Shown here piece after piece: positions 35,798-43,823 of a stretch of DNA of 64,000 nt (the first letter of the stretch is position 1; every line of letters begins with the position of its first letter). A program made the translations under genes and the position numbers. Below the pieces are notes generated by a model, which was not told the DNA's origin, made no database searches, and saw only the letters and a program-made list of their open reading frames with translations. Origin of the DNA: Lachnospiraceae bacterium (GTDB taxonomy: Bacteria > Bacillota > Clostridia > Lachnospirales > Lachnospiraceae); NCBI GenBank assembly GCA_045627745.1, contig JAZQOI010000006.1, positions 8,930-72,929 of the forward strand, read 5' to 3'.

Positions 35798-35825
35798 GTG
35801 TACACGTTTTGTGTGCACTTTTTTT
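35798..35825 (+). terminator. rho-independent terminator inside the flagellar cluster (after the ylxF-like gene)
   Basis: 8-bp stem GTGTACAC/GTGTGCAC (35798-35805 / 35811-35818, one G:U) with loop GTTTT, then 7 consecutive T (35819-35825). Confidence 0.65.
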
Positions 35826-35835
35826 AAAATCAGAC

Positions 35836-35862
35836 TAATAATTTTACGGTTCTTACCGATAA
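35836..35862 (+). promoter_or_regulatory. sigma-28 (SigD/FliA)-type promoter upstream of fliK: TAAT-N15-ACCGATAA
   Basis: Compared with the Bacillus sigmaD consensus TAAA-N15-GCCGATAT: 3/4 in the -35 and 6/8 in the -10, including the CCGATA core (7/8 against the enteric GCCGATAA form). Sits 10 nt after the terminator T-run and about 150 nt before fliK. Confidence 0.45.
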
Positions 35863-36012
35863 AATACATGAGGGTTTTGTATAATTACCCTATAACACAA
35901 AATGTGTGACATAATATGTACATATAACCAAGGGATATTTCCTTTTTGGTTATAGCCTTAGGCGAATCGATAGGATGAGCTAAGGTGACTTTGAGAAGAA
36001 AGGAGGAATGAA

Positions 36013-37683
36013 TTGGGCATGCAGGTGACGGATATCAAGGCGTTTTTTACAGGTACCGTGATGAATGCCGAGGTTAAGGACTCTAAAGGTTTGACGGATG
36101 ATTCTTTTGTGAAGGCTATTGATGAAGCTTCAAGCAGGACGAGCACAATTAACTTCGAAAATGATAAGCAGGAAGTAAAGCCAACAAAGACTGTTGTGAA
36201 AACAGACGTTAGCGATAAGGTCACTTCCACAAGAACCGGGAACAAGCCGGTTGAGGAGGAAGATGCTAAAGCACAGAAAGCCGAGAATATTGCAGAAGAT
36301 ACACAGCCTGATAAAGAAATTACAGACAAGATTGACGAAAAGATTGATGAGATTAAGGAATCCATTAAGGATAAGCTGTCAGTAAGTGATGAAGATATTG
36401 AAGCCGCTATGGTTAATTTAGGTTTGATGCCTACAGATCTTCTGAATGTAAATGACGTAAAGAGCCTTATGATGGAACTGAGTGGAGAGAATGATCCCAT
36501 TGCTCTTCTTACCAATGATAATCTTTTAAGCTCCATTAAGGAAGTAACAGATCTTGTTTCACAGGTTAATTCGCAACTTTTAGAGAACTTTAATCTAAAT
36601 GTAGAACAGCTTGAAAAAATATGCGATTTTATGGACTCCAATGTAGCTTCTGAGTTTATTAATGATTTTGACTTTGATGATACATCAATGGATATTTCCC
36701 TTAATGAGCTTGGCAGTACAGAGGGTGGAATTAAATCTTTGCCGGGTGTTGAAATATCTACAGATGAGGCAACTGTAGTGTTGACAACAGAGAATGGTAT
36801 TACTTCTACGGACAATGCTGATACAAGCGATAATCCTTTTTCAGATAATACCGGTGAAGAAGGTGTAGAAGGTGAAGACAATGCTGAATTGGTAATTAAT
36901 GCTTCGTCCGGAACGGTAAATAAGAATGCAAAAATAAATTCTGATAGCAAAGCTGAAAAAGAGGCGGATTCAGAAGAAACACCTATTACTGTTAAGGAAA
37001 ATACTACAGAGAGTACCAAAACGATAACTGTAAATAACAAAAAACAGGCTGATAATCAGAACGCAGGTAATAAGTCTTTTACTAATAACACAAATGATGA
37101 TGCCATGAATGAGACAAATCAGCCGATTAACACAACAGTAGAAATTACAACAGATACAAATGGAAATGTTGTTGAAACTGTTCGTGAATTTTCAACCGGA
37201 TATGCTGATACACAGAGAATTTTATCTCAGGTAACTGACAATATTAAGGTCAATATTGATGCGGATACAACCTCTATGGAAATGCAGCTTCATCCCGCAA
37301 GTCTCGGAACAGTTAATCTTCACATTTCATCAAGCGGTGGAACTGTATCGGCACATCTCACAGTTCAGAATGAAACCGTAAAGGCTGTACTTGAAAGTCA
37401 GATGGTTCAGCTTCTTGATACCTTTGCTGAACAGGGACAGAAGGTAGAAACGATTGAAGTTTCTGTTGCAAATTATGATTTGGACAGAAGCCTTAGTCAG
37501 AATAATAATACCGGTAATGATCAGCAAAAGCAGGAAGATAATAAAGCTGTTTCGGGGGTATCAAGAAGACGACTTAATTTATCAGAATTATCTGAGGAAG
37601 ATATTGAAGCACTGTCAGATGAAGAACAGTTGGCAGTGGAAATGATGGAAATGAACGGAACCAGCGTCGATTATAAGGCGTAA
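36013..37683 (+). CDS. fliK: flagellar hook-length control protein FliK
   Basis: 556 aa. Start is TTG 36013 or ATG 36019, after AGGAGG (36001-36006). Long acidic/Thr/Asn-rich ruler region and a C-terminal Flg_hook domain (MEMQLHPASLGTVNLHISSSGGTVSAHLTVQNETVKAVLES). Confidence 0.85.
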   Translation: MGMQVTDIKAFFTGTVMNAEVKDSKGLTDDSFVKAIDEASSRTSTINFENDKQEVKPTKTVVKTDVSDKVTSTRTGNKPVEEEDAKAQKAENIAEDTQPDKEITDKIDEKIDEIKESIKDKLSVSDEDIEAAMVNLGLMPTDLLNVNDVKSLMMELSGENDPIALLTNDNLLSSIKEVTDLVSQVNSQLLENFNLNVEQLEKICDFMDSNVASEFINDFDFDDTSMDISLNELGSTEGGIKSLPGVEISTDEATVVLTTENGITSTDNADTSDNPFSDNTGEEGVEGEDNAELVINASSGTVNKNAKINSDSKAEKEADSEETPITVKENTTESTKTITVNNKKQADNQNAGNKSFTNNTNDDAMNETNQPINTTVEITTDTNGNVVETVREFSTGYADTQRILSQVTDNIKVNIDADTTSMEMQLHPASLGTVNLHISSSGGTVSAHLTVQNETVKAVLESQMVQLLDTFAEQGQKVETIEVSVANYDLDRSLSQNNNTGNDQQKQEDNKAVSGVSRRRLNLSELSEEDIEALSDEEQLAVEMMEMNGTSVDYKA

Positions 37684-37700
37684 AAGAAAGGAGTGATAAA

Positions 37701-38366
37701 ATGGCATTAGTAGCACCGGTACAAAACGGAGAAGTAGTGGATACCTCTACAGTATCATCTACTAAAACAAACGGAACAGGCTCCGGAAACAGTATGGATA
37801 AGGAATCTTTTCTTCAATTGCTTGTGGCACAGATGAAGTATCAGGATCCGCTTGAACCTACTTCCAATACAGAATATGTTTCTCAATATGCACAGTTCTC
37901 TGAACTTGAAGAAATGCAGAATCTTTCAGGAAGTATGGATTTGCAGAGAGCTTCCGGCCTGGTTGGAAAAAATGTAATTGTTAAATCAACAGATTCATCA
38001 GGAGATACCAATTATATTCAGGGCAAGGTTGATTATGTTGTAAATGAGAATTCAAAGGTTTATTTATCTATTAACGGTAAAAATTATGATTTGGATGACC
38101 TTGATACTGTTGTAGATGACCAGTATCTTAACGCAATTAATCTTGTTGATGATTTTGAAAAGAGTCTTGAGAAGCTTCCTAGTCTTGCAAATCTTACAAT
38201 TGAATATAAGGATGTTGTTGAGAATCTTTCAAAGGTATATGAAGACATGGATGATTATCAGAAAAAGTATCTTAAAGAAAGTGATGTTGAAAAGCTCAAT
38301 CAGTATGTTGAGAGAATGAATGCTATTACAGGAACGAATAAAAACAACGATAAGGTTGAGGAGTAG
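37701..38366 (+). CDS. flgD: flagellar hook assembly (capping) protein FlgD
   Basis: 221 aa. KESFLQLLVAQMKYQDPLEP signature. Confidence 0.9.
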   Translation: MALVAPVQNGEVVDTSTVSSTKTNGTGSGNSMDKESFLQLLVAQMKYQDPLEPTSNTEYVSQYAQFSELEEMQNLSGSMDLQRASGLVGKNVIVKSTDSSGDTNYIQGKVDYVVNENSKVYLSINGKNYDLDDLDTVVDDQYLNAINLVDDFEKSLEKLPSLANLTIEYKDVVENLSKVYEDMDDYQKKYLKESDVEKLNQYVERMNAITGTNKNNDKVEE

Positions 38367-38386
38367 TGACATAACCTAAAGGAGGA

Positions 38387-38791
38387 ATGTCAATGAATAT
38401 AATAAATGGACAGTTCCCTTCTATAGAACAGGTTACAAATCAGTATTTTCAGACTGTCGATAGAAAAGAGGGTGTTAAGAATAATCAGTCTTTTGCCGAT
38501 GTATTTAAACAGAGGCAGATGATAGAAGCTGATAGCGGTACACTGAAGTTTTCTAAACATGCTTCTTCACGATTATCGGATAGACAGATTGAATTGTCGG
38601 ACAGTCAGATAAGCAGACTGAATGCAGGGATGCAGAAGGCAAATGAGAAGGGAATCAACGAATCACTGGTACTTATGGATCAGATGGCTTTTATAGTCAA
38701 TGTTAAAAACAATACAGTTATTACTGCAATGAATGATGCGGAAATGAAAGAGAATGTTTTTACGAATATTGACGGGGCTGTCATAGTTTAA
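38387..38791 (+). CDS. small conserved flagellar operon protein (the family found between flgD and flgE in Firmicutes/spirochaetes; function unknown)
   Basis: 134 aa. LKFSKHASSRLSDRQIELSDSQISRL motif as I remember for that family. The position between flgD and flgE supports the call. Confidence 0.55.
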   Translation: MSMNIINGQFPSIEQVTNQYFQTVDRKEGVKNNQSFADVFKQRQMIEADSGTLKFSKHASSRLSDRQIELSDSQISRLNAGMQKANEKGINESLVLMDQMAFIVNVKNNTVITAMNDAEMKENVFTNIDGAVIV

Positions 38792-38866
38792 TAAGCCGGA
38801 CCTTAGGGAGGCTTAGGTATCCTTGAATGACAGAGAGGATACACAATTAAAGGAGGTCATTTAATT

Positions 38867-40285
38867 ATGATGAGATCACTTTTCTCTGGTGTTGCAGGTC
38901 TTAAGACACACCAGACCAAGATGGATGTAATTGGTAATAATATTGCCAATGTAAACACAGTTGGTTTTAAATCAAGTAGTGTTACTTTTTCAGAACTTAT
39001 GTATCAGACAACAGCTAATGCATCAGGAGCTAATGAAGATACCGGTCGTGCCGGTGTAAATGCTAAGCAGATAGGTCTTGGTGTATCCATGGGCGCAATC
39101 AATACAAGCGTTTCTACAGCAGGTGCTTCACAGTCTACAGGAAATCCTTTTGATATTCAGATTAGTGGAGACAGCTTCTTTGTTGTAAATGATGGTAATA
39201 CTAATTTCTTCACCCGTGCAGGTGCGTTCTATGTGGATGGAGCAGGTAATCTTGCTATGACATCTAATGGATATACCGTTATGGGCTGGCAGGAGGATCC
39301 TAACAAGCCCGGAACTATTAAACAGGATACGGTTTCTCCATTAAAAATCATGTCTGCAGAGCATACAACAAGTGCTCCGGAACAGACAACAGAGGGTTAT
39401 ATTTCAGGTATTATTGATAAAAATTCAACTTCTCTTACATCTGAATCGGGACAGATTCTTAATATTTCATTTTATGATGAACTTGGTTTCTCCTATGTTG
39501 CCAAGTTCGCAATTAAGGGCTATGCACAGGATGGAACAGCTCTTAATCAGGGCGTTTACAGAATGGAATTAACAGACCTTATTGATTCTGCCAAGAATGA
39601 ATCAATGCTTGAGGATGGTCAGACAATGGCAGATTCGGGTCTTGCAAATCTTGATGGTGGAACTGAAGTATATCTTGTTTATGATACAGAAACAGGTGCA
39701 TATCTTGGATACAGCGTTGGAGCACAGCCTGCAAGCAATACGCCTGATATAAAGACAACAGATATTGAGGATAATAAGATTTCCATGACTGTTAATATGG
39801 ACAGTATGGCAAAGCCTGTTACAATCAGTCTAAAAACATCTACTATGTACGATAACAACGGAACATCAACTGTATATGGTAAAGCCGGTGACTATGACGG
39901 CAACTATGCAGGACGTAAGGTTGGTACAATGTCTGGTGTGTCTGTACAGACAGATGGTAAGATTTATGCAACCTATGATAATGGTACTACAAAGCTTTTG
40001 GGACAGATTTCAGTTGCATCCTTTGCGAATCCTTCCGGTCTGGAAAAGATAGGAGACAACCTGTATCAGACAACAATGAACTCAGGACTTTTTGATGGTA
40101 TCGGTAAGGATGTTACATCAGATGGTGCCGGAGGCTTTACAACCGGCGTACTTGAAATGTCTAACGTGGATTTGTCTGCGGAGTTCACTGAAATGATTAC
40201 TACACAGCGAGGCTTCCAGGCAAACAGTAGAATTATTACTGTTTCAGATTCGATGCTTGAAGAATTAACAAACCTTAAGAGATAA
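38867..40285 (+). CDS. flgE: flagellar hook protein FlgE
   Basis: 472 aa. MRSLFSGVAGLKTHQTKMDVIGNNIANVNTVGFK and C-terminal TEMITTQRGFQANSRIITVSDSMLEEL. Confidence 0.95.
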   Translation: MMRSLFSGVAGLKTHQTKMDVIGNNIANVNTVGFKSSSVTFSELMYQTTANASGANEDTGRAGVNAKQIGLGVSMGAINTSVSTAGASQSTGNPFDIQISGDSFFVVNDGNTNFFTRAGAFYVDGAGNLAMTSNGYTVMGWQEDPNKPGTIKQDTVSPLKIMSAEHTTSAPEQTTEGYISGIIDKNSTSLTSESGQILNISFYDELGFSYVAKFAIKGYAQDGTALNQGVYRMELTDLIDSAKNESMLEDGQTMADSGLANLDGGTEVYLVYDTETGAYLGYSVGAQPASNTPDIKTTDIEDNKISMTVNMDSMAKPVTISLKTSTMYDNNGTSTVYGKAGDYDGNYAGRKVGTMSGVSVQTDGKIYATYDNGTTKLLGQISVASFANPSGLEKIGDNLYQTTMNSGLFDGIGKDVTSDGAGGFTTGVLEMSNVDLSAEFTEMITTQRGFQANSRIITVSDSMLEELTNLKR

Positions 40286-40300
40286 TTGATAGAATTGTTT

Positions 40301-40336
40301 AAGAGCTCTGAAATGATTTTCGGAGCTCTTTTTATG
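40301..40336 (+). terminator. rho-independent terminator after flgE
   Basis: 10-bp stem AAGAGCTCTG/CGGAGCTCTT (40301-40310 / 40321-40330, one G:U), 10-nt loop, then TTTTAT. Confidence 0.65.
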
Positions 40337-40597
40337 AGGGATGTCTACCGGTACAGTTTTTTTGGATGAGGAAACAGACTAAAATAATGTTTTAAATCAT
40401 TTTTTGAAAAAATATAAAATTTTCGTTTAAATGCATCACATTTGAGACGAAATATGATAAAATAAGATTGTTATTTATTAAGTGGATTATTTTTACTGTA
40501 TTTATGCAGTTCTATGAATATATTTTTCTTAAACTGTCATTAATTAATTGAACAGTATTTGTTACTATTCGGTAGGTCTTAAATTTTATAAATTTCA

Positions 40598-40626
40598 TAG
40601 ACAAGAAGTCAAAAATTTAGTAAAAT
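40598..40626 (+). promoter_or_regulatory. candidate sigmaA promoter for motA (TAGACA-N17-TAAAAT)
   Basis: tagaca at 40598-40603 and taaaat at 40621-40626, about 34 nt before the motA start. The background is very AT-rich, so chance matches are likely. Confidence 0.3.
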
Positions 40627-40659
40627 CTTATAAAAGGGATATTTATGCGAATTAGGTAG

Positions 40660-41466
40660 GTGGGAGTATTGGATATTGCAACCATAATCGGTGTTGTTGC
40701 CGGTTTAGCATTTATGATTATATCGGTTGGTCTTGGACAGGATGGTTTTGCCGGATTGAATTATTTCTTGGATCCTCCAAGTGCCATGATTACATTTGGT
40801 GGTGCCATTGCCACAATGTTTGCATCATATGAAATACCGGACTTTATTAAGGGACTCAAGAGCATTACAATTGCTTTTAAGCTTCCAACACTTGATGCTG
40901 CAACTATTATTAAGAAAATTATTGATCTTTCCAATGTCGCAAGAAAGGAAGGATTGCTGTCACTTGAAGAAGCTGCGGGAGATTTGGATGATGCTTTTTT
41001 GAAGAAGGGCATTATGCTTATCGTTGATGGTACAGACCCGGAGCTTGTTCGTGGTATTATGGAAACGGAATTGTTCAGTATAGATACACGTCACAGAAAC
41101 AATATGGCATTTTGGGACAATTTAGGAGCCATGGGTCCTGCTTGGGGTATGATTGGTACACTGATTGGTCTGGTTATGATGCTTTACCATATGGATGATA
41201 TTTCATCACTGGGTCCTAACATGGCGGTTGCTCTTATTACGACTTTCTATGGATCTGTTCTTGCTAACTGGCTGTGCGCTCCTATTTCTGCAAAGCTTAA
41301 GGCGATAAATGATGGAGAAATGCAGGTTAAGGAAATTGTTGTGGAGGGCCTTCTCTCTATACAGGCAGGTGAAAATCCACGAGTTATTGAAGAAAAGCTT
41401 AAGTCATTCCTGGATCCTGCGGCTCGTGCGGCTGCAATTTCTGAAGGTGAAGGAGGAGACGAGTAA
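40660..41466 (+). CDS. motA: flagellar stator protein MotA
   Basis: 268 aa. Start is GTG 40660 or TTG 40669 (LDIATIIG...). MotA/TolQ/ExbB channel motifs GPAWGMIGTLIGLV and ALITTFYGSVLAN. Confidence 0.9.
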   Translation: MGVLDIATIIGVVAGLAFMIISVGLGQDGFAGLNYFLDPPSAMITFGGAIATMFASYEIPDFIKGLKSITIAFKLPTLDAATIIKKIIDLSNVARKEGLLSLEEAAGDLDDAFLKKGIMLIVDGTDPELVRGIMETELFSIDTRHRNNMAFWDNLGAMGPAWGMIGTLIGLVMMLYHMDDISSLGPNMAVALITTFYGSVLANWLCAPISAKLKAINDGEMQVKEIVVEGLLSIQAGENPRVIEEKLKSFLDPAARAAAISEGEGGDE

Positions 41467-42263
41467 TGGCCAAACGTAAAGCCGAAGACGCACCTAAAGG
41501 TTCACCGGCGTGGATGGCGACCTTCTCCGACTTGATGAACCTGCTTCTATGTTTCTTCGTTATGCTTTTTGCCATGTCGGATGTTAACAAACAGAAATTT
41601 GAGCTTGTTGCGGCTTCGTTTTCACAGAGTTTTAGTATATTTTCAGGTGGTGCCACTGCCATTGGAGACGGATTACTTGTATCTAATGGCGTCAGTCAGT
41701 TGAGTATGCTTGACCAGTATATGACTACAATGGGTAAAGCTGCCGAGAGTAACACAGAGGATGTTGACAGATGGGAGGAGCTTGAGAAGGAACAGCTTGA
41801 AGAAGCTGAAAGCCTGAGCGAGATAGTAGAAGAAGCTCTTGCCGAACAGAATATGGATGGTGTTGTAGATATTGATTTTACATCCCAATATGTTTCGTTA
41901 ACGCTGAATGGTGCGTTACTGTTTGACTCCGGAAGCGCTGAAATCAAGACCGATTCCTTACAGATTCTTGATAAAATAGGGCTTATTCTAAAAAAATACG
42001 GCAAGAGTCTTATAGAGATTGAAGGTCATACAGATAATGTTCCTATACATAATTCTGATTTTTCCGATAATAATGAACTGTCCAGTGCCCGTGCACTTTC
42101 GGTATTTAATTATCTTGTGGATAGTGCCAATCTTGATCCTGCAATGGTTAAACATACGGGACGTGGCGAATATGTTCCTATCGCAGATAATTCCACACCG
42201 GAGGGCAGAGCTAAGAACAGACGAGTTGAAATAAAGCTGTATCATACTCTTAGTACATATTAA
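41466..42263 (+). CDS. motB: flagellar stator protein MotB (OmpA-like peptidoglycan-binding C-terminus)
   Basis: 265 aa. The ATG overlaps the motA stop (TAATG). WMATFSDLMNLLLCFF plug/TM with the conserved Asp. C-terminal GHTDNVP...SSARALSV...NRRVEI. Confidence 0.9.
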   Translation: MAKRKAEDAPKGSPAWMATFSDLMNLLLCFFVMLFAMSDVNKQKFELVAASFSQSFSIFSGGATAIGDGLLVSNGVSQLSMLDQYMTTMGKAAESNTEDVDRWEELEKEQLEEAESLSEIVEEALAEQNMDGVVDIDFTSQYVSLTLNGALLFDSGSAEIKTDSLQILDKIGLILKKYGKSLIEIEGHTDNVPIHNSDFSDNNELSSARALSVFNYLVDSANLDPAMVKHTGRGEYVPIADNSTPEGRAKNRRVEIKLYHTLSTY

Positions 42264-42296
42264 TTTTTAATTAGTATAAAAAATGGAGGAGCAGTA

Positions 42297-42803
42297 ATGA
42301 AGAAAAATCTATTATCAGTTATTATTCTTGCATTGCTTGTTGTGAATATTGCACTTACCGGTGTAATGATGTTTTCCACTATCAGTGCGAATAATAAGAC
42401 CATTGCACTGGTTAACCAGATAGCTGCAATACTCGATTTAGAGGTAAAAGGCATGTCCAATAATCAACAGCCTTCTTTACTTGAAACAGAGACCTATAAT
42501 ATTGCTGATGAACTTATTATTTCATTGAAGCATGGGGAGGATGGAATGGATCATTATGCACTTGCATGTGTTTCCTTCTCGCTTGATACAACCAATGAGG
42601 ATTATGCCACCTATCAGCCTATGTTAGCTGAAAAGGAGAGCAAGATTATAAGCGAAATCAATAATATTTTTGCTAAATATACGAAGGAAGAAGCTACACA
42701 GAATCAGAATGCTATTTCAGATGAGATTCTTGAGCGCCTTCAGGAAATGTTTGATTCTGATTTTATTTATGAAGTCTATTTCAAGGAACTTAAGTTCCAA
42801 TAG
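42297..42803 (+). CDS. fliL: flagellar basal-body-associated protein FliL
   Basis: 168 aa. N-terminal TM followed by a FliL-like periplasmic domain. Position between motB and fliM. Confidence 0.7.
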   Translation: MKKNLLSVIILALLVVNIALTGVMMFSTISANNKTIALVNQIAAILDLEVKGMSNNQQPSLLETETYNIADELIISLKHGEDGMDHYALACVSFSLDTTNEDYATYQPMLAEKESKIISEINNIFAKYTKEEATQNQNAISDEILERLQEMFDSDFIYEVYFKELKFQ

Positions 42804-42837
42804 TATTTATCAGATAAGCTAGAGTGAGGTGAGCTTA

Positions 42838-43818
42838 ATGGGCGAGGTACTCTCCCAAAGTGAGATAGACAGTCTGCTTAATGCATTAAGCTCGGGTGAA
42901 CTCGATGCAGATGAGATTAATAATGCTGATGAGAAATCAACCAAGAATTATGACTTTAAGAGACCGGCTAAGTTTTCCAAAGAACATTTGCGTACTTTGG
43001 AAATAATATTTGAACATTATGGACGATTGGTTTCTACGAATCTTCCGGTATATCTTCGTAAAACAGTTCAGGTTACTGTTGTTAACTCAGAAGCATGTAC
43101 ATTCTCTGAATTTTCGACTGCGCTTGCTAATCCGGTTCTGCTTGGAATTGTTAGTTTTGAACCCCTTAATGGTAGCATTATGGTTGAACTTGCTGCCAAT
43201 CTTGGTTTTGCTATTGTGGACAGAATGCTTGGGGGTCAAGGCGCTCCTTTAGATAAGAGCCGTGATTTTTCGGAGATTGAGAGAACTATTGTTGATAAGA
43301 TTATTGCTGTGTGTGTTTCTCTTATGAGAGAACCCTGGAAGAATGTTATTGATATTAACCCCATTCTCGAAAGAGTAGAGACTAATCCACAGTTTGCTCA
43401 GATTATAGCCCCCAGTGAAATGATCGCAATCGTTACACTTAATATGAAGATAGGCGATGTTGAGGGACTTATGAATGTCTGTTTACCGTATTTTACACTT
43501 GAGTCTGTTATGGATAAGCTTAATACCAAGTATTGGTTTGCATCCATGAAAGAAAGTACAGATGAGGTATTTACAGAAGTTATAGAAGCTACTATCAGGA
43601 AGGCTTTAATGCCAATTAAAGCTGTTCTTGGTAAGAGTACAATAACAGTCAGTGATTTTGCTAATTTACAATGTGGTGATATAATAAAGCTAGGTTCCAA
43701 GATAGACAATGATATGGATGTTTATATTGGTCCTATTAGGAAGTTTAAAGCACTTCCCGGATCTGCTAAGGATTCTTATGCAGTCAGAGTAACACAAGTA
43801 TTGAGAGAGGAGGAATAG
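42838..43818 (+). CDS. fliM: flagellar motor switch protein FliM
   Basis: ORF 42829-43818, ATG 42838 after GAGTGAGGTGAG. N-terminal LSQSEIDSLL (CheY-P binding motif), middle CheC-like domain, C-terminal SpoA domain. Confidence 0.9.
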   Translation: MGEVLSQSEIDSLLNALSSGELDADEINNADEKSTKNYDFKRPAKFSKEHLRTLEIIFEHYGRLVSTNLPVYLRKTVQVTVVNSEACTFSEFSTALANPVLLGIVSFEPLNGSIMVELAANLGFAIVDRMLGGQGAPLDKSRDFSEIERTIVDKIIAVCVSLMREPWKNVIDINPILERVETNPQFAQIIAPSEMIAIVTLNMKIGDVEGLMNVCLPYFTLESVMDKLNTKYWFASMKESTDEVFTEVIEATIRKALMPIKAVLGKSTITVSDFANLQCGDIIKLGSKIDNDMDVYIGPIRKFKALPGSAKDSYAVRVTQVLREEE

Positions 43819-43823
43819 CAGAT

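Noticed and set aside
35958-37040. 360-aa minus-strand ORF (Ser/Leu-rich) antisense to fliK
   Set aside because: It lies entirely within the well-supported fliK frame. Its low-complexity composition is typical of a shadow ORF opposite a Glu/Asp/Thr-rich gene. It has no RBS or independent motif.
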